In this document: positions 20,213 to 29,311 of the stretch, in pieces
How the letters are laid out: each line of letters starts with the position of its first letter
Numbering within the stretch: the stretch's first letter is position 1
Assembly (NCBI GenBank): GCA_963422735.1
Contig: OY730476.1
Coordinates: 672,001 to 736,000 of the forward strand
Direction of reading: 5' to 3'
Source of the DNA: Candidatus Latescibacterota bacterium
GTDB lineage: Bacteria > Latescibacterota > UBA2968 > UBA8231
Length of the DNA: 64,000 bases
Translations under genes and position numbers: made by a program
Notes under the pieces: model-generated
What the model saw: the letters and a program-made list of their open reading frames with translations, nothing else
Databases searched by the model: none
Told to the model about the DNA's origin: nothing

Positions 20213-23200
20213 AGCACTCGGCTTACTACATCCTCTGCGCCCTCTTGCTGACCGCAGACTGCGGTTGGGCGCGCGAGGACGGAGTGCGAGAAACCGTCGC
20301 TTATCTGTCGTCGCTCGGTTCTCGAGTAAGCGGCTATCCCGGGGCGGCTGCGGCCGCAGATTACGTCGAGCGACGCCTGCGCGAGATCGGGCTTGCAGAG
20401 GTCGTGCGCGAATCCTTTGCGGTCACTGTGCCCATCGATCAAGGGGGCGAGTTACTCCTCATAGAGAGCGGGGAGCGCTATAGCCTATATGGCCTATGGC
20501 CCAACTTAGTCCGCACCCCGACCCTGCCCGAGTACGAGGGCGAGATGATCTACGGTGGGGACGGCGGGTGGGAGGATTATGCGGGCCGCGAACTCGATGG
20601 TCGGGTAGTGCTGATGGAGTTCAATAGCTGGAGCCGCTGGCTGCAGGCCGCCTCGCTGGGTGTGCGCGCTATCGTTTTCATCGAGCCGGAGGAGACTACG
20701 CGTAGTCAAGCCGCGGCCAAGTACTCCACCGCACCGCTGGACATCCCGCGCTTTTGGATCGAAAGAGCGGCCGGGCTGCGGCTAAAAGAGCGGTTGCTCC
20801 AGCATCCAACTTCCGTAGTGCTTAAAGGGCGGATGGACTGGCAACGCGAGACGGCTTGGAATATCTGGGGCCGACTCCCCGGCACCGACCCGGCGCTGGC
20901 CGACGAGACCATTGTCATTGAAAGCTACTACGACGGCATGTCGGTGGTGCCAGCCTTAGCTCCGGCGGCCGAAGCGACCAGCGGCATCGCTGCGTTGCTG
21001 GCGCTGGCCGAGCATCTGGTGCGCCACCCCCCGCGGCGGCCGGTCGCGTTGGTGGCCACGGGCGCGCATTTCCAAGCTCAGCAGGGGATTGTCCACTTCC
21101 TCGAGCGTCATGCTCGCCTCCATCCCTACTATGCCGAGCGGATGGAAGAGCCGCTCAAACCCAAGCTCTTCATCTGCCTCGACCTGACGAGTCAGTCCGA
21201 TGAGTTGGGGATCTGGAACAATACCTTTAGCTATGACCTCAAGCGATTCTTCGTGCCCTTTGGGCGGCGTTTTACGGCCTATGCCGAGGAGGAGGCTGTT
21301 CGGTTGGGCTTAGAGCAGGAGCGGCCGCTGGCCAATGGCATCAGCCCGATTCGCGGCATGGACTGGTCAACCTTCGTGCCAGGCGGGGTCTCGGTCAGTG
21401 GGATGCAGGCTATGACCGCTGGGATTGTCTCGCTGTCTTTTGTGACCGTCAACGATGCTCGCTATATCGTCGATACCCCGCTCGATACGCCGGAGCGGAT
21501 GAATATCGAAAATCTGTCTCGCCAAAGCCGCCTACTCAACGCCATGCTGACGAGGGCGGTAAATGACGAGGCCCTGTTTGCCGATCTCGAAGACTTTGGT
21601 CCGGTACTCAAGGACAAATTGCGCTCCCTGCGCGTTAAGGTCCGCTCGTTTCCGCGCCTCAGCCAAGTGCCGGACCGCCCGATCGGCGATGCCATTGTAG
21701 TAGTTGATCCTTGGTACAAATCCCACAAGGGCGTTCGCTTGGCGCAGCACCACCTCACGGACGGCCAAGGCGTCGCCGATATCGACGGCTTGTGGACGGG
21801 GGCCTATCCGGTGGCGGCTTATCAAGTCAATTCGGCGACTGGAGCGATCGCGTTTGCGCCCGATCTTTCCGAGCGATCGCAGAAGTTCAGCGGCGGGATC
21901 GTGAACGGGTGGATGATCGACAGCAAAATTCGCTGGAATACCAACGAAAAGATCATCGTCGTTTTTCCCTGTATCTCGCGGCCCTTCTACAGCATGATTG
22001 ACCCGCGCTATCTCCGGTCGTTTGGAGAAATCAAGATCGTCAACCGCAGTGGAGTGGCTCCTCGGCAGTTCGGGCTGGCGCGGGGGTTTGGCGAGGGCGA
22101 GGCCGTCGGCGTGGTCTTTGGACCCCAGGACGCCGACGAGGACGACAGCATCAAGATGCTCATCGACAACCGCCTGCTTTTGCTCAACAGCGAGGGAGAC
22201 GAAGACGAGGAGCAGGCGCGGGGGCGGGGCTACGTGCTCAGAGAGGACTCGCTGATCCGCACCGGGATGCTGGCCGTCGAGGACATGTGGCAGCTCAACG
22301 AGGCGCGGCTGCACACCTTGCGCGAGCACGCCATTGAAAACCAGCGCCTAGCCCGGTTGCACCAGCGCGGCAAGGGGCTGATCGAAAAGGCTCGACAAGC
22401 AGAAGAGGCGAGGGATTGGGAGCGCTATGTCGAGCACGTACGGGCCGCGCTAGGGGTGACGTCTCGCGCGTACCCGGAAGTGCTACAGACGCTCAACGAC
22501 GTCATCAGCGGTATGGTGTTTTTTCTCGCCTTAGTCATCCCGACGGCCTTTTTAGGCGAGCGATTGCTGTTTGCGGCAGCCGATATTCGCTGGCAGCTAG
22601 CGGGATTTGGGGGGTTGTTGCTTTTGATCTGGATCGCCATTTCCCAAGTTCACCCGGCCTTTGCCATCGCCCATCCGCTGGTGATCTTGCTGGCCTTTGC
22701 CATCATGGCTATGGCGGCGTTTGTCCTAGCCATGATTAGCACCCGCTTCAACCGCTATATGAAGGCCTATCAGGCCAGAGAAGCCCACGTCCACGAGACG
22801 GACATCAACCGTGCCGGCGCCAGCTACGCGGCCTTTATGCTGGGCATTTCCAATATGCGTCGGCGCAAGCTGCGCACCGGGCTAACCTTGTTGACCTTGG
22901 TCCTGCTCACCTTTACGGTGCTTTCCTTCACCTCGTTCAATACCCAGATCCGCTATATGGCCTTTGCAATGGACCACGAGGGAACCTACGAAGGGGTGCT
23001 GATCCGCGACCGCAATTGGAATGTGTTGAACCGCCCGACGCTCGACTACGCCCGCTCCCACTTTGCCTCTGAAGGAGTGGTCGTGCCGCGCAACTGGTAT
23101 GTCGCCTTTGACGACGAGCAGAAAAAATACATTGAAGTCATCGGCGATACCTCGGTGGTGCGGGCGACCGGAATGCTAGGGCTGGTGCCGGAGGAAGTGC

Positions 23201-24612
23201 ATGTTACCGGCATCGACCAAGCGCTGGTGGGGGGTAGCTTCTTCACGCGCAAGGACGAGGCGGCCTGTCTGATGGCCGAGGGCATGGCCGAGGCGCTGGG
23301 CATCGGGCCGATGGAGTTGGGTGCGGCGACGGTTCGGGTGTTCGGCCGGGACTTGGTGGTGCGGGGCGTATTCGATCCCGATTTCTTTGAGGCAGTCCGC
23401 GACCTCGACGACGAGTCGCTGACGCCAGCGGATTTCCAGATGTCGAGCACCCAAGCTCTGGGGCCGGTGGCCAACGACAACATGAGCATCGCCCTAGATG
23501 AGTCCGCGCTCGACATTCGTCCCTTCATCCACCTAGAGTCCGACAACGTGCTAATCTTGCCCTATGGGACGCTGCGGGAGGCCGGGGGGATGCTGCGCTC
23601 GGTGGCGGTGCGGATGGAGGATGGGGCGCGTGGACAGGAGTTGATTGAAGATTTTCTCCTGCGTCTGGCCATTACCCTCTTTGCCGGCCTGAAGGATCCG
23701 GGCGAAGCCGCCATTAAGGTGTTTTCCTATACCTCGATTGGGTTGACCAATGTCGAGGGTTTGGGGGCCTTGGTGATACCGATGTTTATCGCGGCGCTGA
23801 TTGTGCTCAACGCAATGATGGGGGCCGTTTATGAGCGCTTTCGCGAAATCGGCATTTATTCTTCGGTGGGATTGGCACCGCTGCACATAGCCCTGCTCTT
23901 TGTGGCCGAGGCCTGTGTCTATGCGATCATGGGCGTTACTTTGGGCTATATTCTCGGCCAGAGTTTGGGCAAGGTACTCATCGCGCTGAATCTGCTACAG
24001 GGGATGAGCCTCAATTACTCGTCAATGGCGGCGATTGTCTCGTCGCTTATTGTGATGGCCGTGGTCTTGCTTTCGACTATCTATCCTGCTAGGGTCGCCG
24101 CCCGCACGGCCGTGCCCGATACCGTCCGCCGCTGGACGCCGCCGGTCCCTAACGGGGATCGCTGGGAAATGGAGTTCCCCTTTATGGTCGGCGAGGGGGA
24201 AGTGCGGGGGCTGTGCGGATTCTTGGCCAGTTACTTTAGTGCCTATAGCGAGGAGTCCATCGGCGACTTCTACGCCGAGAAGGTCCAGTTAGTTGAGGAA
24301 GATGGGGAACATGGACCGGAATACGCGGTACAGCTCCTGCTCTGGCTGGCACCATTCGACATGGGAGTGAGCCAGTTCATGCAGCTCGAATTTTTGCCTA
24401 CCTCGGTCAGATCCGTCTATACGGTGGAGATCTACATCCAGCGAATCAGTGGTCAGGACACCTTCTGGCAGCGGGTCAACCACCGCTTTATCAATGGGTT
24501 GCGGAAAGAGTTCCTGCTCTGGCACACCCTTGCCGTAGAGGCCAAAGCCCACCACCGAGGGGTTGCAGAGAAGATGTTGGCCTCAGCCGCAGAAACTGAG
24601 CACAGCGCATGA
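20209..24612 (+). CDS. M28/PA peptidase-like domain fused to FtsX/MacB-like ABC permease
   Basis: Signal peptide; SLGSRVSGYPG, PA-like region, IESYYD, EATSGIAALL; central TM block; SNMRRRKLRTGLTL and VYERFREIGIYSSVG...LFVAEA FtsX motifs. ATGA overlap with the upstream gene. Confidence 0.8.
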   Translation: MKHSAYYILCALLLTADCGWAREDGVRETVAYLSSLGSRVSGYPGAAAAADYVERRLREIGLAEVVRESFAVTVPIDQGGELLLIESGERYSLYGLWPNLVRTPTLPEYEGEMIYGGDGGWEDYAGRELDGRVVLMEFNSWSRWLQAASLGVRAIVFIEPEETTRSQAAAKYSTAPLDIPRFWIERAAGLRLKERLLQHPTSVVLKGRMDWQRETAWNIWGRLPGTDPALADETIVIESYYDGMSVVPALAPAAEATSGIAALLALAEHLVRHPPRRPVALVATGAHFQAQQGIVHFLERHARLHPYYAERMEEPLKPKLFICLDLTSQSDELGIWNNTFSYDLKRFFVPFGRRFTAYAEEEAVRLGLEQERPLANGISPIRGMDWSTFVPGGVSVSGMQAMTAGIVSLSFVTVNDARYIVDTPLDTPERMNIENLSRQSRLLNAMLTRAVNDEALFADLEDFGPVLKDKLRSLRVKVRSFPRLSQVPDRPIGDAIVVVDPWYKSHKGVRLAQHHLTDGQGVADIDGLWTGAYPVAAYQVNSATGAIAFAPDLSERSQKFSGGIVNGWMIDSKIRWNTNEKIIVVFPCISRPFYSMIDPRYLRSFGEIKIVNRSGVAPRQFGLARGFGEGEAVGVVFGPQDADEDDSIKMLIDNRLLLLNSEGDEDEEQARGRGYVLREDSLIRTGMLAVEDMWQLNEARLHTLREHAIENQRLARLHQRGKGLIEKARQAEEARDWERYVEHVRAALGVTSRAYPEVLQTLNDVISGMVFFLALVIPTAFLGERLLFAAADIRWQLAGFGGLLLLIWIAISQVHPAFAIAHPLVILLAFAIMAMAAFVLAMISTRFNRYMKAYQAREAHVHETDINRAGASYAAFMLGISNMRRRKLRTGLTLLTLVLLTFTVLSFTSFNTQIRYMAFAMDHEGTYEGVLIRDRNWNVLNRPTLDYARSHFASEGVVVPRNWYVAFDDEQKKYIEVIGDTSVVRATGMLGLVPEEVHVTGIDQALVGGSFFTRKDEAACLMAEGMAEALGIGPMELGAATVRVFGRDLVVRGVFDPDFFEAVRDLDDESLTPADFQMSSTQALGPVANDNMSIALDESALDIRPFIHLESDNVLILPYGTLREAGGMLRSVAVRMEDGARGQELIEDFLLRLAITLFAGLKDPGEAAIKVFSYTSIGLTNVEGLGALVIPMFIAALIVLNAMMGAVYERFREIGIYSSVGLAPLHIALLFVAEACVYAIMGVTLGYILGQSLGKVLIALNLLQGMSLNYSSMAAIVSSLIVMAVVLLSTIYPARVAARTAVPDTVRRWTPPVPNGDRWEMEFPFMVGEGEVRGLCGFLASYFSAYSEESIGDFYAEKVQLVEEDGEHGPEYAVQLLLWLAPFDMGVSQFMQLEFLPTSVRSVYTVEIYIQRISGQDTFWQRVNHRFINGLRKEFLLWHTLAVEAKAHHRGVAEKMLASAAETEHSA

Positions 24613-27600
24613 ACGACGACAAAAAGAAAAGGCGTCGGGAAGCAAGAAGGCAGCGCCAATGGGGTGAGGTCAATGAGTACCGCGACTTACTCCAAGCGCC
24701 CGACCGCTTTGATGAAGGCTTTACGATCCGCACCATTATAGGCGTGCTCTTTATCTCGCTAATTATGACCCCGGGCGAGATGTTCCTTGGATTGTACACG
24801 GGCGGGGGTGTTGGCGCGGCAGCGCAATGGGTGACGGTGATTCTCTTCTTAGAGGTCTCTAAGCGTTCGTTTACCTCGCTCAAGCGCCAAGAGATCTACC
24901 TGCTAGTGTACGTGGCCTCGGCCTTGGTCGCCCGCGAGGAAGGCGCGTTCCTCGAATTGCTCTGGCGTCAGTATTTCGTGCGCTCGGCCGAAGCTGAGCA
25001 ATTCGGTATCTCGCGCATTTTGCCGTGGTGGTGGGCACCCCAGCCCGATTCGGAGGCCATTGCCGAGCGGACCTTTATCCACCGCGACTGGCTGGCTCCG
25101 ATCCTGCTGTTGGTGATCGGGACGATCATGAGCCGCATCGCTTGGTTTACATCCGGCTACATGCTCTTCCGGCTCACCTCCGACCGCGAGCAATTGCCCT
25201 TTCCGACTGCGCCGATGTCGGCACTGGCGGCCATGGCGCTGGCCGAGGATTCGGGAGCTGAGCAGGAGACGTGGAAGTGGCCGGTGTTCAGCATCGGCTC
25301 GGTCATAGGTGCGTCATTCGGGGCCATCTACGTAGGAGTGCCGGTGGTCACCGAACTCTGGGGGTCCAAAGTGGAGATTCTGCCGATTCCCTTTTGGGAT
25401 TTGACCCCCTATTTCGGCAATATCCTCCATGCTACGCCGCTAGGGGTCGCCGTGCACTTGGGGCCGATATTCTCCGGGTTGCTCATGCCCTTCTGGTCGG
25501 TGGTTGGCTCCTTTTCCGGGGTGATACTGCACACAGCAGTCAGCCCCTTGCTCTACGAATTGGGCTATCTGCCGCGCTGGGAAGTCGGCATGGACACCAT
25601 CCGCACTCAAATAGTCACTGGAATCGATTTTTGGCGCGCCTTTTCCATTGGCATCACCATGGCCGTCACCATCGTCAGCTTCTACCAGCTTTTTTCCACC
25701 GGCCGCGAGAAGCGGGCCGAACTGCGGGAGAAGCTCCAACTCGAGAAGGCCGACCAGCCGATGGTGTGCAAGCACTCGGACTGCCACCGCCCGTCCGAGG
25801 TGAGGGGATACTGCTTAAAACACCTCGGCCGCGGTGATTTCAATCTGTGGATCTGCGCTTCGCTGTTTTGCGTGGCGGCGATCTATCCGATCGTCTTGGC
25901 CAAGACCTTGTTTCCCACCTTGGTCAGCACCGGGCTGTTGGTGATTTTCGTGCTCATCGCCTTTGTCTATGCGCCGATCATGTCCTTTGTCAGTGCCCGG
26001 CTCGACGGCTTGGTCGGCCGGGAGATTTCGATTCCCTATGTCGATGAGGCCATTCGCTTTATGACTGGTTTTCGCGGAGTCGAAATTTGGTTCGTCCCCT
26101 TTCCAGCCCGCAACTTCGGCGGGCATGCCGAGGGGTTTAGGGTCGTCGAGTTGACCGGGATGAAGTTTACTAGTCTGCTCAAGGCCGAGCTCTTTATGTT
26201 GCCCATCGTCTTAGGGGTGAGTCTGATGTACTGGACTTTCCTCTGGCGCTTGGCTCCCATCCCCTCGGAGAGCTACCCGTACGCGCAGCTCATGTGGCCA
26301 CTGAAGGCCTTTGACCAGGCACTCTACTTATCTAGCACCATGTACAGCAAAATGTGGCGCGCCGGAGAGGAGTTGGAAGGGGATATTGTGCCCGCTGGCC
26401 AAGCCGTGTGGAGCCCGAGCAATTTGCAGGACGGCCGTTGGTGGTACTGGCGGGTGAGTACCACGCGAGACTTAGAGGTGCCGGATCCGGCAAAGCGCAC
26501 CTATGGCCCTTGGTCGCAGACCGGATACTTCTACACCAACCTCAGCGGCGGAGGCACACCGCCGCTCCCGGAAGCCGCCGAGAGAATCGCCGCCGAGTTG
26601 TCGGATGGCCCTCAGCTACTTTGGCCTCCCAACGGCATGGCCGTTGCGACGCTGAACCCCAACTTCCGAGCTGCGGTCAATCTGGCTCCGGGCGATTCGG
26701 TTGATTTCTACTTTGAAGTGGATCTCTTGCCCAGCTTTGACGGCGAATTTTTGCAGCGCTCTTCGGACCGGCCCTTGCTCTTTGAGGTCCTGTGGCAGGA
26801 CATGCGCTTTACCGGCAATCGCAAGGACGACGATGGCGATCTCAATATCGCGGCTCTCGTCGAAGGTGTGGAGCCGGAAGGGGTAGGCGATCAACTCGGG
26901 CTGGAGGAAGGCGACCGCTTGCTCGCGGTAAACGGCGTCGAACTTCGCGTCCCCCAATGGGACGCCGCGCGGATCGACCGCTATTTTACTCAGGGCGCAG
27001 ACTCGGTGTTTGCCGCTTGGGAGCGGGATGAGAAAATTGTGCGTCGAGCCGTGGTGCGTAGGCCACAACAGTCCCTGGGACTTGAGTTTGCGGCGGACAC
27101 TTCATTCGTCAAGGGATGGACTGCATACGATGCGGTGCGCGTCGCCGCCGTGGCCGAGGAAGGGCTGGGCCACCGCTTGGGATTGCAAGCCGGTGACTAC
27201 CTTATGACGATCAACGGCCAAAGCATTGAGCAGGATACGTGGCGTAGCGAGGAGGTAAGGGCCGCCTTTGCTGCGGTTGTGGAGGAGACCGCGACTACGG
27301 TGCTAGTCGAGTGGGAGCGGGATGGAGACCGGCTTCAAGGTTTGGTGGCCGCCGCGCCGCCCGTCCAGCCAGGGTTGACCTATCGGGCGGGGGCCATCGA
27401 GGGCCTCGACGAAGAACTGGTCAACAACAAAGACGACGATGGTGATGGCCTGATCGACGAAGATACGGATCATCCCCTCGGCGGTAGGAAGTGGCCCATC
27501 ATCCTCGGCGGCGCGGGATTCGGCTTGACCGCATATTTCGCGCTGGCCTTTATGGGAATGCCGATCTTTCTCATCTGGGGATACGTCCAGAGCGTCAACG

Positions 27601-27800
27601 GCATTCCTCATTTTCTCATTCCGCAAATTATCGGTGCCCTGATCGCCAGACATTACTTCTGGAAGCGATACGGCAAGCAGGAATGGCGGCGCTATGCCAT
27701 GGTTCTGAGCGTGGGCTTCGGGGTTGGCATGTCGCTGATCGGCATGTTTAGTGCCGCTTTGGCGATGATCAAAAAGGCCGTCTCTTCCCTCGCTTACTGA
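24609..27800 (+). CDS. OPT-like peptide transporter with large soluble insert (zinc-finger-like, FN3-like, two PDZ-like domains)
   Basis: FDEGFTIRTIIG, TSDREQLPFPTAP, WRLAPIPSESYPYAQLMW membrane core; GLEEGDRLLAVNG and GLQAGDYLMTINGQ PDZ signatures. ATGA overlap with the upstream gene. Confidence 0.72.
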   Translation: MNDDKKKRRREARRQRQWGEVNEYRDLLQAPDRFDEGFTIRTIIGVLFISLIMTPGEMFLGLYTGGGVGAAAQWVTVILFLEVSKRSFTSLKRQEIYLLVYVASALVAREEGAFLELLWRQYFVRSAEAEQFGISRILPWWWAPQPDSEAIAERTFIHRDWLAPILLLVIGTIMSRIAWFTSGYMLFRLTSDREQLPFPTAPMSALAAMALAEDSGAEQETWKWPVFSIGSVIGASFGAIYVGVPVVTELWGSKVEILPIPFWDLTPYFGNILHATPLGVAVHLGPIFSGLLMPFWSVVGSFSGVILHTAVSPLLYELGYLPRWEVGMDTIRTQIVTGIDFWRAFSIGITMAVTIVSFYQLFSTGREKRAELREKLQLEKADQPMVCKHSDCHRPSEVRGYCLKHLGRGDFNLWICASLFCVAAIYPIVLAKTLFPTLVSTGLLVIFVLIAFVYAPIMSFVSARLDGLVGREISIPYVDEAIRFMTGFRGVEIWFVPFPARNFGGHAEGFRVVELTGMKFTSLLKAELFMLPIVLGVSLMYWTFLWRLAPIPSESYPYAQLMWPLKAFDQALYLSSTMYSKMWRAGEELEGDIVPAGQAVWSPSNLQDGRWWYWRVSTTRDLEVPDPAKRTYGPWSQTGYFYTNLSGGGTPPLPEAAERIAAELSDGPQLLWPPNGMAVATLNPNFRAAVNLAPGDSVDFYFEVDLLPSFDGEFLQRSSDRPLLFEVLWQDMRFTGNRKDDDGDLNIAALVEGVEPEGVGDQLGLEEGDRLLAVNGVELRVPQWDAARIDRYFTQGADSVFAAWERDEKIVRRAVVRRPQQSLGLEFAADTSFVKGWTAYDAVRVAAVAEEGLGHRLGLQAGDYLMTINGQSIEQDTWRSEEVRAAFAAVVEETATTVLVEWERDGDRLQGLVAAAPPVQPGLTYRAGAIEGLDEELVNNKDDDGDGLIDEDTDHPLGGRKWPIILGGAGFGLTAYFALAFMGMPIFLIWGYVQSVNGIPHFLIPQIIGALIARHYFWKRYGKQEWRRYAMVLSVGFGVGMSLIGMFSAALAMIKKAVSSLAY

Positions 27801-27805
27801 GGGGG

Positions 27806-27834
27806 TGGACAAGGTCTATTAGCCCTTGTATCTT
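27806..27834 (+). promoter_or_regulatory. Sigma70-like promoter TGGACA-N17-TATCTT for the psp operon
   Basis: TGGACA 27806-27811 and TATCTT 27829-27834, 8 nt before ATG 27843 (near-leaderless). Confidence 0.45.
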
Positions 27835-27842
27835 CGCCAGTT

Positions 27843-28166
27843 ATGGACTTGTTTGCGCGCATATTCCGCGTCGTGCGGGCGCACACTGCGGCCACTGAGC
27901 CACGCGATGCCTACGAGCCTTGGCGGCCCCCGGCGACAGCCCCGGTCCCTGCCGAAGACCCGGTCCTCGCTGGGTATTACGCCAATCTGGAGCTGCCTTA
28001 TGGGGCGAATCTGGAGGCGGTGAAGGCGGCGTGGAAGCGGTTGATGAAGCAGTACCACCCCGACCGCCACGCACAGGATCCGGCCAAGCGCGAGGTTGCC
28101 AACGCCCTGTGCGCCCAGTTGACGCACGCCTATAAAGAGCTGGAAAAGTCCCTGACAACCCATTAA
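27843..28166 (+). CDS. Small J-domain (DnaJ-like) protein
   Basis: YYANLELPYGA...VKAAWKRLMKQYHPDRH with HPD motif. Confidence 0.85.
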   Translation: MDLFARIFRVVRAHTAATEPRDAYEPWRPPATAPVPAEDPVLAGYYANLELPYGANLEAVKAAWKRLMKQYHPDRHAQDPAKREVANALCAQLTHAYKELEKSLTTH

Positions 28167-28186
28167 ACCAGCATTGGAGGAAGCTT

Positions 28187-28579
28187 ATGGCTGATTTTGC
28201 CACCGTGAAGGAGTACGTCCTCGAGTTGGGCCTTGCCATTGTCGAGGAGATTCCCGAAGAGGAAATCATCATTGTCAACGACGAGGAGCGGGGGGTGCAA
28301 AACTTGGTTGTTGATTGCGAGGATACGGTGCTGGTGATCGAGCAGCTTATCCTACAAGTCGCTGCCGGAGCCGCCGAGACGCATAAGCGGATTTTGCAGA
28401 TGAACCGCGACTTGATCTTTGGTGCCTTTGTCCTCAATGAGGAAGGCGATTCGCTGCTCTACCGCAACACGCTGGCGCTGGAGAATTTGGACTTAAACGA
28501 ACTGGAAAGCACGATCAACTCCCTCAGTCTCGGCTTAGTCGAGCATGGGGAGGAATTACTGGGGTTTGCCGCCAAATAG
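28187..28579 (+). CDS. YbjN/CesT-Tir chaperone-fold protein
   Basis: 130-aa acidic protein with LQMNRDLIFGAFVL and NTLALENLDLNELE; directly upstream of pspA; GGAGG Shine-Dalgarno. Confidence 0.75.
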   Translation: MADFATVKEYVLELGLAIVEEIPEEEIIIVNDEERGVQNLVVDCEDTVLVIEQLILQVAAGAAETHKRILQMNRDLIFGAFVLNEEGDSLLYRNTLALENLDLNELESTINSLSLGLVEHGEELLGFAAK

Positions 28580-28590
28580 GAGGATAGGAC

Positions 28591-29301
28591 ATGGCAGGTA
28601 TATTTCAACGCTTGTTTAAAACCGGGCAGGCTGAGGCTCACTCCCTAGTGGATAAGCTCGAAGACCCGATCAAGATGAGCGAGCAAGCGATCCGCGACTT
28701 AAAAAAGGACTTGCAGGAAAGCCTCAAGGCCCTCGCTGAGGTTAAGGCGATCTCGATAAGGCTCAGCCGCGAGTCCGAAGACCACCGGCGGCGCGCCCAA
28801 GACTACGAGCGCAAGGCCATGCTGCTGTTGCAAAAGGCCGAATCCGGCCAGATGGAGGAAGCCGAAGCCGACCGCTTGGCACGCGAATCCCTGACCCGCG
28901 TCGAGGAGGCCCAGAGCCGGCACTCAGAATCCTCCCAACAGGCCCAAACCCAACAGGCGATGGCTAACAAGCTGCAAAGCAATGTCAACGATCTGAAGTC
29001 AAAAATCGCCTCGTACGAAAACGATCTGGTAACCCTCAAAGCGCGCACTAAAACCGCCAACGCCACCCGCAAAATCAACCAGCACTTGGCCAACATCGAT
29101 TCAAAGGGCACCACGGCTCTGCTCGAACGGATGAAGGAAAAGACCGAAGAGCAGGAAGCCCTCGCCGAGGCCTATGGCGATATGGGAGACGCAGCGACGT
29201 CCGTTGACGACGAGATCGACAAGGCCCTCGCCGACAGCAAGGGAGCCAAGGTCGATGATTCGCTGGCCCAGCTCAAGGCCAGAATGGCAGCGAAACAGTA
29301 A
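28591..29301 (+). CDS. pspA: PspA/IM30 family protein
   Basis: GIFQRLFK amphipathic start, KLEDPIKMSEQAIRDL, long coiled coil, LERMKEK, LAQLKARM. Confidence 0.92.
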   Translation: MAGIFQRLFKTGQAEAHSLVDKLEDPIKMSEQAIRDLKKDLQESLKALAEVKAISIRLSRESEDHRRRAQDYERKAMLLLQKAESGQMEEAEADRLARESLTRVEEAQSRHSESSQQAQTQQAMANKLQSNVNDLKSKIASYENDLVTLKARTKTANATRKINQHLANIDSKGTTALLERMKEKTEEQEALAEAYGDMGDAATSVDDEIDKALADSKGAKVDDSLAQLKARMAAKQ

Positions 29302-29311
29302 GGACTGCATC

